Source: Hemiscyllium ocellatum
Lineage: Eukaryota
Assembly: GCF_020745735.1 (NCBI RefSeq)
Contig: NC_083409.1
Span: 19,178,341 to 19,242,340 of the forward strand
Length of the DNA: 64,000 bases
Direction: 5' to 3'
The notes beneath the pieces were generated by a model. It ran no database searches. It was given only the letters and a program-made list of their open reading frames with translations, and was not told the origin of the DNA. A program made the position numbers and the translations under genes. Positions 37,906 through 51,023 of the stretch are shown here, piece by piece (position 1 is the stretch's first letter; every line of letters starts with the position of its first letter).

Positions 37906-40859
37906 ATTTTTGAATTCTGGTCATTGGTTCAAGGGAGGTATTATGATGTCATAGTTCCAATTGTTCTGGCATAATAGCCACTTGATGATCATGATAATCT
38001 GGATAATCAGATTCCGAGCAAAAACTTGGTTGAATATACAGCACAAACACCAAAAGAGCTGCTGGAAATCTGAAACAAAAACAGAAATTGCTAGAAAAGG
38101 TCAGCAGGTCTGGCAGCATCTTTGGACAGAAATCAGTTAAGATTTCTGATTCAGTGACCTTTGTGGTTATGGGACATCTCAAAATGGCTCTCTGTGAATG
38201 AGGTATTTTTTAAATTCTGGTCATTATTCCAAGGTAAGTATTCCAATGTTGTGGCTCAAATTGTTTTAGCAAAATATCCAGGGGAACAAGAACTTGTGCT
38301 TCTGTTGATGGTTACTGACATTATTTGATTTTGGATCTGGTGTGTACACACACAGATGCTCCTAGTTTGAACCTTCTACTTACTACTTGCACATTCTTCA
38401 CTGAAGCTACATTATCTCTCAGGACTGGAGAACGTCCCACACTGGTGAAGGATTTGATTGTGCTGTAAGGCTCAATGTTGGTATATCAAGCAGAATTCAA
38501 TTGTTCATACACAATGTTGTATTTCATTATCATAAAATAATGTCTACTTAATTTTACTTTTTTGACCAAATGTCATAATGCAAATAAACATTGAAAATCC
38601 AAATCCAAAATAACTATTTAAGTTTCTGATTGCAAGCTTGTAATGTAATCTAAGCTGAATCTGAAAATCTGTGTTGTTGATTATCTTTGCTTTGCTTTTG
38701 TTTTAGGTGAGCTGACAAGTTGTGGAGTAGAACATCTAACAAGTCAGCCCTCCTAAATCAGAGACTGATAAAGAGTCAAAGTATGAGGCAAGGTACAGTG
38801 GTGCTGATTTGTAAACTACTCCAGTTAGTTGCAGTGCCTTCAATCACTGTTGTGGTGACTATTGGGTCGAGTCATCAATACTGTGTGGTAGATTAGAGAT
38901 CATTTGATCCTATGGCCAAAGGACTGTCATAAAGAAAGAGATATTTACATTTAAATCGGGAGTTTTGTGGTTATGGGACATCTCAAAATGGCTCTCTACC
39001 AATGAAGTATTTTTTGAATTCTGGTCATTGTTACAAGGAAGGTATTATGATGTCGTGGCTCCGATTGTTATGACATAATAACCAGTTGGTGTTAGTACGG
39101 GATAATCAGATCCCCAGCAAAACCTTGATTGAATATACAGCACAAAAACCAAAAGAACTGCTGGAAATCTGAAACAAAAAAAAATTGCTGGAAAGGCTCA
39201 GTAGGTCTGGCAGCATCTGTGGAGAGAAATCCTTTAACATTTCTGGTTCAGTGATCTTTGTTATTATGGGACAACTCAAAATGGCTCTCTGCGAATGAGG
39301 TATTTTTTAAATTCTGGTCATTGTTCCAAGGAAGTATTATGATGTTGCGTGTTGTGACTCCAATTGTTATGTAATAAAAGCCAGGAGAACACGGGCTTGG
39401 GCTTCTGTTGATGCTTACTGACATTATTTGATTGTGGTTCTGGTGTATACACACACAGATGCTCTAGTTTGAACTTACTACTTAATTCTTTTACATTCCT
39501 CACTGAAGCTAATTTATCGCTCAGGACTGGAGAACGTCCCACACTGGTGAAGGATTTGATTGTGCTGTAAGGCTCAACATTGGTATACAAACCAGATTTC
39601 AATTGTTTATACAAAATGTTGTATTTCATTATCATTAAATAATGTCAACTTAATATTGCTGTTTTAGACCAAATTGGAAATCCAAATCCAAAATAAGTAT
39701 TCGAGTTTCTGATTGCAAGCTTGTAATGTAATCTAATCTGAATTGGAAAATCTGTGTTGTTGATTATCTTTGCTTTGCTTTTGTTTTAGGTGAGCTGACA
39801 AGTTGTGGAGTCAAACATCTAACAAGTCAGCCCTCCTAAATCAGAGACTGATAAAGATTCAAAATACGAGGCAAGGTATAGTGGTGCTGATTTGCAAACC
39901 ATTCCAGTTAGTTGTAGTGCCTTCAATCACTGTTGTGGTGACTATTGGGTTGAGTCATCAATACTGTGTGGCAGATTAGAGATCATTTGATCCTATGGCC
40001 AAAGGACTGTCATAAAGAAAGAAATATTTACATTTAAATCAGGAGTTTTGTGGTTATGGGACATCTCAGAAAGGCTCTCTGCCAATGAAGTATTTTTTGA
40101 ATTCTGGTCATTGTTACAAGGAAGGTATTATGATGTCGGGCTCCGATTGTTATGACATAATAACCAGTTGGTGTTAGTACTGGATAATCAGATCCCCAGC
40201 AAAACCTTGATTGAATATACAGCACAAAAACCAAAAAAACTGCTGGAAATCTGAAACAAAAAACAGAAATTGCTGGAAAGGCTCAGAAGGTCTGGCAGCA
40301 TCTGTGGAGAGAAATCCGTAATCATTTCTGGTTCAGCGATCCTTCCTCTGAACACTGCAACATTAACTCTCATTTCTCTCCATGTTGTGAGGAAGAGTCA
40401 CTGCACCTGAAATGTTAACTGATTTCTCTCTACAGATGCTGCCAGACCGACTAAGTCTTTCCCGCCATGTCTGTTTTGAAGATACAGCAAATGTTTTATT
40501 AACTGTCACCAATGGGGCCAGGAGTGCTGGTTGATCAAATATTCCAGTTGCAAACAGACTGACATAATCAATGCTTAGTAATAGAAACCTAATGCAGGGG
40601 TATACACATCACTTTATTTGTCGTATAACTCACTGAATCAAGCATGCACATTTGCCTTAAATAAAACTTAATGGCAAAGTGCCTTCTCACTTGCAGCCTC
40701 AACTGACTGCTCTGACACCTTGAAAATGCAGTGACCTTCGAGTATTTCAGGTATATAATTTTTGTTGGTTTATTAAGAGCAACAGTTCATAAAGTGCCAG
40801 TTAAAATAAAGTTTGCTGTCCCATGATTGGTTTTGGCTGCCTGGTTGAATTACTAGCGC

Positions 40860-41390
40860 ATATTGCAGTTCACCATCTACATTGCACAATTCAGTAGTGT
40901 GATGGAATACTTTCAACTTGCCTGGATGAGTGTAGATCTAGTAATACCGAAGAAGCTTGACACTATTTGGGACAAAATAGCTGAGGGCTAACACCACATG
41001 CACAAACCTTCACTTCCTCCACCTTCAACACTCAGCACCAATCTGTACCATTTGCTTAATACACTTACAGAAGCTCTCTAAGACTGACAGGGTGGCACCT
41101 TCCAAAACCATTGGCACCTTGAAGGACAAAGGCAGCAGATATATAAGAGCACCAACACCAGCAAGTTGCTATCCAAGCTGCATCCTGTTCGTTATCAGAA
41201 ATATATCGCCACTTCTTCAGTTTTGTTGGTTGGAAATCCTGCAACTCTCTCCCTAATGGCATTGTGGGGTGACCTGCAAGAAGTGGACTGCAGGGCTTCA
41301 AATATGTGGTTCACCATGTCTTCTCCAGGGCATCCAGGGATGGGCAATAAATGCTGGCTCAACCAGAGAGACACTCATCGTGAATAAATA
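40860..41390 (+). mobile_element. CR1/L2-group LINE 3' end
   Basis: ...gttggaaatcctgcaactctctccct...gggatgggcaataaatgctggc...; same family as 22170-24420. Confidence 0.65.
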
Positions 41391-43023
41391 AGTTTATTGT
41401 TATTGTCAGGAAAATTCCAAAGCTGGACCCATGGTAGAGTGATAGAGGTGTACAGCGCATGAAAGGACTCTTTGGCTCAGGTCTTCGCTGGTCAAAAGCA
41501 GCCACCTGACTATTTTGATCCAATTTTCCAGCACCTGGTCCATTGCCTTGTGCACTTTGACATCTCAGTTGTACATCTAATTCAATGTCACAAGGGTTTT
41601 TGCTTCTAACACTCTTACACCACTCCCTGCTTGAAAACACTGCTCCTCCTATTCCTTTTGCAATTAAATCCATGCCTTCGGATATTGATCACTCCTCCCA
41701 AGGGGGAAGGTTTTTTGCCCCATCTCCCCTGATAATGCCCCTCATAATTTTATACATCTTGATCATGTTCTCACTCCATCTCCTCTGCTGCGAGGAATCT
41801 GTTAATGAAAGCAATTGGGGAAATTAATATCAGAAGTTAATATCAGACTTGAGGTTATTGTGCAAAGATGAGTGGCAGGTCAGATGATTGGTCAGAATAT
41901 GAAGATAGCAGATAATAACTAAAATGTTAATCAGGGGAAAGAAATGAATATGGGTAACTTGCTTTCAAAAGGTTCAGCACTCCTTGGTTTTTAGACAGTT
42001 TTCTCACTTCAATCCACAATCAAAAATACAGAAAATTGAAAAGATCTGGTCTTTACATAGTTTATTTACCAGTATATCCAGGGAAAAAGTGAGGACTGCA
42101 GATGCTGGAGACCTGAGTCGAGTATGTGGTGCTGGAAAAGCACAGCAGGTTATGATGAAGGGCTTATGCCCAAAATGTCGATTCTCCTGCTTCTCGGATG
42201 CTGCCTGACCTAAGAATGTCCCTTTTTTATTTGATAAAAGGCCAAATTAAAGGTTATTACTGAAAGTAATAACTCATGTTACAAGAGTTTAACATGTTAC
42301 CATAAATAGGAGATTGGCTGGGAAACAGGAAGAGAGTCGGCATAAGTGGGTCTTTTTCAGGATGGCAGAATACAATAAGTGGTGTGCCAAAGGGCTTGGT
42401 GCTGCATCTCAACTGCTTACCATTTATAAAATTACTTGGATGAAGGGATGGAAGATGAGTTCCCAAATTTCCTAACAACACAAGAAGAAAAGTAGGCTAT
42501 GAAGCAAACATGAGGTTGAAAACAGTTTCCAGTAGTTTAAGTGTGTGGGCAAGGATCTGATTTAGTTGAAATGTTGTGTGGAGTTTCCACATGCTGACTT
42601 CTTTAATTCCATGCTGTACATTTCTACACATTCTATCTTCTGTATCATAGCCCTGCTCGCTGATCACCCTCTTGTTACTTATCTTCATTCTCTGCCTTAA
42701 CCCAGTCCTTCAGTTTCAAAGTTCCTATGTACAGATTTGTTTGTGGCTCCCGTATACTTTTCCAACTCTTTTCTGCCCTGCACCCCCTCCATATCTCAGG
42801 TCATTCTGTCTGCTGAACATTTTAGCTCCATACTTCCCAGTCTCACCCTGACATTTCCTGCTTCTTAGCTTCCAGTTTCCCTCAAAATATATGTTTGACA
42901 CCCTGCATGTTTTCTAGTTCCCCTTTGATTCCTGCCTGGGTCTATCCTAAGAGTTTTTACTGCAGGAAACATGCTATTTTAACTTGCATTGTGTTTGATT
43001 CATTATTTTTCTTTCATCCCAAG

Positions 43024-43138
43024 TTGCGGCACATAGAAAACAGGCTTGAAGCTGTACCCACCACTACTGCAGTGACAGACACGGTGATGGATACTAAGAA
43101 AGCTTTGAGCAGTGCTACACGAAAAATTAGCAGACTGG
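43024..43138 (+). CDS. CEP350: CEP350-like coding exon (LRHIENRLEAVPTTTAVTDTVMDTKKALSSATRKISRL)
   Basis: ag|...|gtaagt, phase 0 to 1; matches human LRHIENKLEVAPTSTAVCDSVMDTKKSSTSATRKISRK as recalled. Confidence 0.92.
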
Positions 43139-43664
43139 GTAAGTGAAAGGAATACAAAATGAATTGTTCATGTTAATTAGATCAACAGTTACTCTTGACC
43201 TCATGCTGGCCATTCTTAATCAGATAAAAGTAATAACCCTAGTGAAATTAAGTTAAGTGGTCGAGGGTCATGCACTGCCATTTTGCAGTGTTTTGAAAGC
43301 ATTTGCAACAGAGACTGAGGCTATGGAATCTTTTCCTTCTCTCTAATTTATGGAGCTTCATTGGTAAGGCTTAGCAGGCAAAGTCAACCCTCCATTCCCT
43401 TCCTGAAGTGGTCATCTCCCCCTTCCATCTGTGTCAACACCTGTTGCCCTTTGCAGATTCCCCCCAAATGTCTGGTTTATCACTTTGTGCTGGTCCACAG
43501 AATTTGAGGAGGTGGGCGAGAAGAATTAACTTAGCATCTATCTCTTCTATATTCTGACAGCAACAGTTTAAGAGAAACTTGTGCTTACTAACCAAAGCCA
43601 TTGATTGTGGTAATGGAATGCATGCTCCTTTTTTACTTCTTAACTTTGTTTCTATTTCTATCAG

Positions 43665-43836
43665 ATGGAAGGTATCTGGAGGATTCTGTAGCCAGTGCTA
43701 CATCTGTCAAATCTAGTAGTCACAGCAAATCACGGAAGGTCAACACCTCCCGCAGTCCCTTGCGATCTGCCACCCTGGAAAGTAACATTATGAAGAGCAG
43801 TCGAGATGAATTCAGAGATCCATTAACTGCATATAG
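43665..43836 (+). CDS. CEP350: CEP350-like coding exon (DGRYLEDS...RSPLRSATLESN...EFRDPLTAYR)
   Basis: tcag|...|gtatga, phase 1 to 2; matches DGRYLDD...RSPLRATTLESN...EFREPLVSYR. Confidence 0.92.
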
Positions 43837-44843
43837 GTATGACCAGACGTATGTACCTTCTGTCGATCACTTTCTGTTATCAATTCCTGAAGCTGTGCAT
43901 ATATTAGAAACAACCAATACCTGCTTGACAGCTTATAGTTGCACTCTTCTGACACTCAAATCACAACAGAGTCAACAGTGGCAGGATAGATACATAGAGG
44001 ATCCCAGGCTTCAGAATGCTTGTTCTTTCACACGTAATCTCATCCGAGGGTGTAATTTTAAAGCTCTTGCGCGCAAACATTTTCTGTGCTTATGACTTTT
44101 TACAGTGTGTTCCAACTTGTGTACTAATTGACTTGCAGATGCACTCTAGAACAGAAACCATTTGTAAACTGGGGTCTGCCAGTAGCCTGAAACATGGGCA
44201 CAATTTCAAATATGGAATAATAATAATAGAACGTGGTTACAAGAATCCTTTGCTGTATAGCCCACCTTAGTTGATTCTGTTTGGTTTTTGTTCAATGCTC
44301 ACTGTTCTGTGAAACCAACTATTAATGGAGATACGTTAGTGAAGCTCAGTCTTGTGCAGTATTTAGATCATCATCAGTTCATCAGAGCCATTAAGCTTTT
44401 ATAAATTGGGACTGGAGTACAAAAATGAATGATGTTAAACCATCACAAATCACTGGTTAAGCTACAGTTAGAATGTTGTCCCCAGTATTGGGAACCCTAA
44501 TTCAGGAAGGACTTCAAGGCTGTGCACAGCAACCAGAAAGTGTTAACTTGACATTCGTTGATTATAGTAATCAAGAGAGTTTCGATAAGTTGCTGATCAT
44601 TTTGATTGAACAGTGGTTCAGAGGAGACCTCAAACCTGGTCAGGATGTTGGAAGAACTGCTTCTACTGGTGGAAGAGACAGTAAGTAGATGGAAAATACA
44701 AGGTGAAGTTATGGAAGTCACCAAATTAATAAAGTTACAGACTGTCATCGGTATCATGTTTCATTTCAAGGGGAGGCGATGGCCGAGTGGTATTAGTAAT
44801 AATCCAGATACTCAGTACATTTTAGTAAGCCTACACTGGATAG

Positions 44844-45019
44844 GTCAGGCAGCATCAAAGGAGCAGGAGAATTGACGTTTCCAGCATAAGCCCTTCTTCA
44901 GGCTTATGCCTGAAACGTCAATTCTCCTGCTCCTTTGATGCTGCCTGACCTGCTGCGCTTTTCCAGCAACACATTTTGCAGCTCTGATCTCCAGCATCTG
45001 CAGTCCTCACTTTCTCCTG
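44844..45019. mobile_element. Fold-back Penelope-tail insertion with 10-bp TSD
   Basis: Perfect 40-bp inverted repeat (44842-44881 / 44912-44951); TSD cactggatag (44834-44843, 45020-45029). Confidence 0.85.
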
Positions 45020-45781
45020 CACTGGATAGTCCAACATATGTTGAGCTGGGGTGAATTCTCCTTGCTGCTCATAGAAATTGGATTCTTGTCATTTTTTGGA
45101 CTTCATCAAGGGGAAATTGTCATCAGTGAGCATTTGCTTTATGTAGTGCATGTGATTTTGGAAACTCTTCAGCTCTTGTATAATTGTATGCTGTCTGCTG
45201 ATGTGCATGTGATGTCGTTGTCCTTTATTTTTCCTCTGGCATCCCAGAGAGCTACCAACCGTACGGTGGCTAGTGTGATGGTAGTCACTGATGAATCCTC
45301 TTGATGACTCATATGGATTGGTAAACCCAAAGGGCCTTTTAGGCCTTGGCAAGTATGTTGCGAAGCTGTTGTCTGGGTTGTCAGGTTTGGCAGGTTCATC
45401 AGCCTTTAGGCTGCTGTGTCCAGTCAGTACATTGTTGTTTAAATTTAAGAGTGGGAATGGTATTGTAGAAGATTGGCTTTTGAGAATAGTAGAGGGAACA
45501 TGGGCCCATCCAGTAAGGATGGCTGTTTATCCTCATGAAGGGCTTGTGCCGGAATCATGGAGTGTCCTCTTTGGATGCTGCCTGACATGCTGTGCTTTTC
45601 CAGTGCCACAATGTTTGACTCTGTTTATCCCTAATGCAGACTAAATCCTACAGATTGTTTAAAGCAGAGCTTCAGCAAACAGGTACTTGATGGCATGAAA
45701 TCTGCAGTGTTAAATGGTTTAAGTGATGTCTCATTTTGGCAGTTGTCAACATTTGTGATTGTGTAAATTTTGTGCTTTCAG

Positions 45782-45990
45782 TGCTCACGGGAAGTCATCA
45801 AAGAAAAGCACAAGCTCTTCATCATTCCATTCCACTGTGAGTTCCATGTCTCAGAGCACTTTTCAGAATGACGCAGTGATAACATCCAGAGAGGGGACAA
45901 GGCAGCTGCGTGCTACTACCTCCACACCTTCACCTTCTCTAGTCGACATCAGTGTTACTGCAGCCAGGCCCTCCACATCCTCTGCTGCAG
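45782..45990 (+). CDS. CEP350: Probable CEP350-like Ser/Thr-rich coding exon (SAHGKSSKKST...STSSAA)
   Basis: tttcag|...|gttgga, open frame, phase 2 to 1 fits both neighbours. Low complexity, so the homology is weaker than for the other exons. Confidence 0.65.
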
Positions 45991-46888
45991 GTTGGAACTC
46001 TTGGAATCATGTTTTCTGTAACTGTCATTGGTTTGTCCCAACCGTCTCCATGGGAGTAGTTTTTAAAAAAAATAAAACCCTGAGTAAGTAGACAACCCAT
46101 GTGAAGTGACAGGCATAGTGATGACTGGATGAAATGGTGAGGTGCCACGCGACGTGGAAGCAGGTGCTTTTCCATTCAAGTGGTCGGATCCTGTCTGAGG
46201 AACATTAAGCAGAAGTAGGCTATTCGGCCTGTTGAGCCATCCCCTGTCATTCAGTATAATCATGGCTGATCAGTGCTTCAGTATCGTTTTAGCCACCCTG
46301 TTCCCATCACCCCGTACACTGTTGGAAATCAAATCCGTCAATTTTTACATAAAACATAATTGATGACTATGCTTTCACAACTCTCTGTGGCAGTGAACTC
46401 CAAAGGTTCATGACCCTGAAGTAACAACAGAATTATCATCAGCTCAGCCTTATGACATGGTCTCACTTATCAGTTGTCCCACCAGTCCTAGACTCCCCAA
46501 CAGGGGAAACGTTACCTACATCTACCCTTTAAGTATCTCATAGATTTCAATGAAATCAATTCAAAATGCTGGAGAATGCAGGTCCAGTTTTCCCAATCTC
46601 TCTCCATGAGAATGTCCTAGAAACAAGTTTGGTGAACCTTTGTTGCATTCCTGATCATTCACCAGGACCCAAATACAATGATTGGGTTTGGATCTTCTGC
46701 ACGCTTTGCTATTTGTTGTATCCTGTGAATCTCATGAAAATTTCAATGTCTTGTCCCTTGTCATTTCTTACGCAATTCCCGAACTTGTTTTGAATCCTGG
46801 AGAGGTGTGCAGTTAACCCCATGTTCCCAATGCATTATTTAACTCATTGTAAAAGTTGGAATTACACTTTTCATTTTGGTTATTGCAG

Positions 46889-47052
46889 CCTCGATGCTCA
46901 GCTCCCCACCAAGTATCCAACACCACATGACTGCTCAACACACTTACTTGGATGCTATGGAAGAGTCCATCCGTCAGCTATCAGAGATAGACATGACCCG
47001 GGGAATAGCCTTTGCTCAACAAGAGACTGTGTCATTGGCTCAGATCCTAAAG
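46889..47052 (+). CDS. CEP350: CEP350-like coding exon (...YLDAMEESIRQLSEIDMTRGIAFAQQETVSLAQILK)
   Basis: tgcag|...|gtacgg, phase 1 to 0; matches YLNAIEESVRQLSDVERVRGISLAQQESVSLAQIIK. Confidence 0.93.
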
Positions 47053-47592
47053 GTACGGGTCTATGCCTTGTGCTCTTTCAGAAATGGTTTTGTGAAATTG
47101 TCTTAAGTGATCATGGCTGCGCTCGTTTTCCAAACCAGGCAACATTCTGAGCAACGTTCTTCAGTTAAATCAGGCAAAACAAAGATTATTCCAAAACTAG
47201 AGATTAAACTTACTTAACCTTGGGTTGTGATTTAGGACAATGCCTAATCTTAAATGTGCAGATATTAGCATCGAACCTGCGCATGACTGCACTTTCCAAG
47301 TTGACTGATAGAAGCAGGGCAAACTTGCCAAGTTTTCAAGTAATTTCAGCTTTCTAAAATTTGAGCCATTATGATGAGATTTATGAGAAAATGTTTTTTT
47401 ATTTATAAAGTTGCAATATTAAAATTAATTGATTAAAATCTTGTCATTTGTTACTCTTAAGATTTTGATGCCTTTGCATTTCAATTGTTACTCTCTCTCT
47501 CTGGACACTGCAAATTTAAATACCAGTTTTTCACAGAGCAGAGCAATGGAATGTAGGGTGATGCTTCCTATTTAATCTTTGTTTGTGTCCAG

Positions 47593-47703
47593 GCCCAACA
47601 GCTGAGACATGAGCACGACATAGCCCTGCTGAAGCTGAAGGCCGAGCAGGAAGCTGCTGCAAGTCAGAGGCAGCTAGAGGAGGCCAGACAGAAAACTGTA
47701 CAG
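47593..47703 (+). CDS. CEP350: CEP350-like coding exon (AQQLRHEHDIALLKLKAEQEAAASQRQLEEARQKTVQ)
   Basis: ccag|...|gtactt, 37 codons; matches AQQQRHERDLALLKLKAEQEALESQRQLEETRNKAAQ. Too short for the ORF track. Confidence 0.93.
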
Positions 47704-49849
47704 GTACTTGAACATGTAACAGGTGTCTGGAAATGCAAATAATTCAGTGTTGACTGCTTCTCACCGTGCAATCAGAATAAACAAATTATAATTATAAAGT
47801 GCCTTTAACATTGAAGCCAAATCTCTCCCCACCCCTGCCCTGTTGTGCTCCACTGGTAAACTGCCCCACTCAACATCATGAAGATGTCATCATGAAAATC
47901 AATGACAGGCCCAGACCATGGGGACAGTAGAAGGTACAGTTTTAGAAGCAAAAACATAGTTTGCTGGTGACACTCAGCAGCATCTGTGAGAAAAAAGAAG
48001 AGTTAACATTTCGGAGATTCTTTAGAAAACCTGGACAGATTGTAAGACCTTAAGGAGTGAATTCTAAAGACTGAGACACACAACTTGATGGAGTGGGGTT
48101 GAACAAGATGACATCAGGAATGTAGATGATGAGGGAGGTTATAGGGCTGGAGCAGGTTACAGGGAATGGGACAAAGGGAGGTCATGCTGACTTTGATTTG
48201 GGCGAGTAAGTTTGGAAGGTTGCAAGGTTCCTGTGTTTTTACCTCTTGGAATTCTGTATCTTAAGAGTCAGAAATCTTAATCAAAATAATCCTTGCTATT
48301 GTTCTTAGTTACTTGTGCAAGCTTGCTCCTGTGTTTTAATGCCTTAATGACAAGTCGTGAATTTGCATTCTGTAATTCTGGTGATCTCGAGGTGGGCCAT
48401 AAAGGCCGGCTTGCTGGCATAGTCCTCAACCCAAGAACAATTCAAAAAAAGGCTGCAGTCTATTTTAGTGTCTGATTGACAGTGGGTCCTTCAACTATTG
48501 ACCATTCAGGCACTGACATTTGTTTACTGAACCTGAATGTGTCTCTGTCTTTCTTCAAGAAGCTCCTTAAAAACTATGTTTTATCTGAGCACTTCTTATG
48601 TGGCTACTTGTCATATTCTGTAATCATGTTCCTGTCAACGTCCATGGGATGTTATAGTATAAAGGTGTGATACAAATGTCAGTTTATCTCATTGTGAATG
48701 CAACTGCCTCTGAATGAAAACATTTTTGTTTCAAGCCCCATGCTTTGACTTGAATGTAAGCCACTCAATCTAGAGCAGGACTGCTGCATTCTTAGAGATG
48801 ACACCTTTCAGGCAAGACATTAAAGCAAGTTCCCATCTTCTATTCCAGTGGATAGAGAAGATCCGTTTTAATACTTGAAGAAGTCTAAGGGAGTTCTCCT
48901 GTTATCCTGCTCAATATGAATCCCTCACTATTGTTGATGCTGTCTTTTTAGGAGCTTGTCAAAAGGCCCTTCTTGGACAGCGTGACTACATTTTGAAAGA
49001 ACTCCATTAGCTGAGAAGGACTTTGCAATGACCTGAAGATGTCAATGACACCGTGAAAACTTTAGCTTCTTTAAACGGCAGTTTTTGCTTCAGATTGTCC
49101 CCATCTGAGGAACACAGCGCAGAACTGCCTCTGATGCCATATTTGTGATTTCTTTGGTAGAACCCACACAGAGAGAGTAGAACCATGAGGATAAGGAGTA
49201 TCCACTTGACCAATAAAGATCATGGCAATAAAAATAGACTGCAACTTTTTTTGAATTGTTCTTCAGTTGAGGACTATGCTAGCAAGCAATGGCCTACCGA
49301 GAGATCACCAGAATTGTGGAACGCATATTCACAACTTGTCATTGGGATATAGGAACAAGAGTAGAACAATCAGCCTCTTCATTCTCTTATGCAACTGAGT
49401 TTAAATTTGTTTATACCGAAATGCCCTTTCGCTTTTCATCAGCCTTATCCCTCAAAACACATGAAAAAGCATCAAATGGAAAAGTTTATGTCATGCAAGA
49501 TATTCAAAATTTTAGAGGATTTTAAGAAGTGTTTAAAGGAGGAAATGGAGCTGAGAGATGAACAGGTCTAGGAAAACATTATGATGGAATACTCCCCACT
49601 TTCCTGGAGGAGTGCAGTTCCAGCGATACTTAGGAAGCTCAACATCATCCATTACAAAACATCAGCATGATTTGAATCATGTCCACCACCTTAAGTGCCT
49701 ATTCCCTCTGTCATCAGTATACGGTAGCAACAAGGTGCACCATCTATAAGATGCTCTGCAATACCTCATTGAAGGCTCCCTTGACAGACCTGGACTCATG
49801 ACCTATTCTGTCTGGAAGAACAGGGCAGCAAATATAGAACATAGAACAT

Positions 49850-50280
49850 AGAAAGGTACAGCACAGAACAGGCCCTTTGGCCCATGATGTTGTGCCGAGA
49901 TCGAATCCTAATGTAAAATACAGTAACTTAACTTGCGCACCCCCTCAACTCACTGCTATCCATGTGCATGGCCAGCAGTCGCTTAAGTGTCTCCAATGAC
50001 TTTGCTTCCACCACCACAGCTGGCAACGCATTCCATGCATTTAAAACTCTCTGCATAAAGAACTCACCTCTGACATTTCCTTTGTACTTTCCTCCTAATA
50101 TCTTCAAACTATGGCTTCTCGCACCAGTCAATCCTGCCCTGGGAAAAGTCTCTGGCTATTACTCTATCTACTCCTCTCATTATTTTGTATGCCTCGATCA
50201 GGTATTCTCTCTTCCTCCTTCTCTCCAGAGAGAAACATACAAGCTTATTCAAGATTTCTTCATAAAGCAAGCCCTCCAAT
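49850..50280 (-). mobile_element. CR1 (HER1-like) LINE 3' end
   Basis: Tail microsatellite atagaacatagaacatag; ORF ...QRVLNAWNALP.... Confidence 0.8.
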
Positions 50281-50891
50281 CCAGTGCCCGGGAATGCCAG
50301 TGTAGTTATGACATTAAATTATGTTGCTCTTCCTTTGCTGCCTACAATGGTCTGACATACATTGGGAGTACCTTGCAGCCACATGGATTGCCATGGTTGA
50401 AGAAGACCACTAACTTTCACCTTTTAATGCCAGTTGTGGTTGGACAGTCAGTGTCAGGGACATTTACATCCTGAGAATGAATTAAATAATTATTTCCTGA
50501 TTTTTCAGTTCTGAATGGTCTGGTTTTTAGTTTTAAGGTTGAATACATCTCCCCATCATGGAAACAATCTCGCAATACCATGACCAGGTTAAATAAAAAA
50601 AACCAAAGAAGTGCACATACTGGAAATCAAAAAAACAAAATCACACGATGACTAGGTTACTGTGCTTATATGTGACATTGGAGGAGAGGGAAAGGCTTAA
50701 AAGCTTGATTGTAAAACAGAAGCCATATCAGTGAGCTTATGTTGCATGATGAAACGTGATGCAAGTTGAATGCAGTGTGCTTCCTGGATCATAAGTCAAT
50801 TTCACATTGCATTTTAATAGTGCTTTGTCTCTTGATTAAAGTATCTGAATTATCAATTGCTGGATGTGAAAACCTCTCTTTGTGTTCCCAG

Positions 50892-51023
50892 GCATGTGCA
50901 GAAAGTCTGCAGCAGTTTGTACAGGTTCGCCAAGAGATGCTGCAAGAGTCCACAACTAAAATGATCACTCAGCAGGTGGAACTTGCAAGGCTGATGGCTG
51001 ATACAGCACGTCAGGTTACAGAG
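50892..51023 (+). CDS. CEP350: CEP350-like coding exon (ACAESLQQFVQ...ARLMADTARQVTE)
   Basis: ccag|...|gtactt, 44 codons; matches VHAESLQQVVQ...ARLTTDAARQICE. Confidence 0.9.

Larger units (their letters stand above)
29062..40330. repeat. ~1.08-kb tandem repeat, ~2.3 copies, first copy split by the provirus
   Basis: Anchor tggccaaaggactg at 29062, 38913 and 39996 (period 1083). Copy 1 = 29062-29164 + 37906-38912. Internal sub-repeat gtggttatgggacatctcaaaatggctctct. Confidence 0.88.

Noticed and set aside
42150-42185. Functional hammerhead
   Set aside because: Core is mutated (UAUGAUGA; CAAAAUGUC). Counted only as part of the inverted-pair pattern.
45040-45640. ORFs in the CEP350 deletion-spanning intron as the missing CEP350 exons
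   Set aside because: No resemblance to CEP350; they look like a decayed retroelement, with a degenerate Penelope tail at ~45530-45610.
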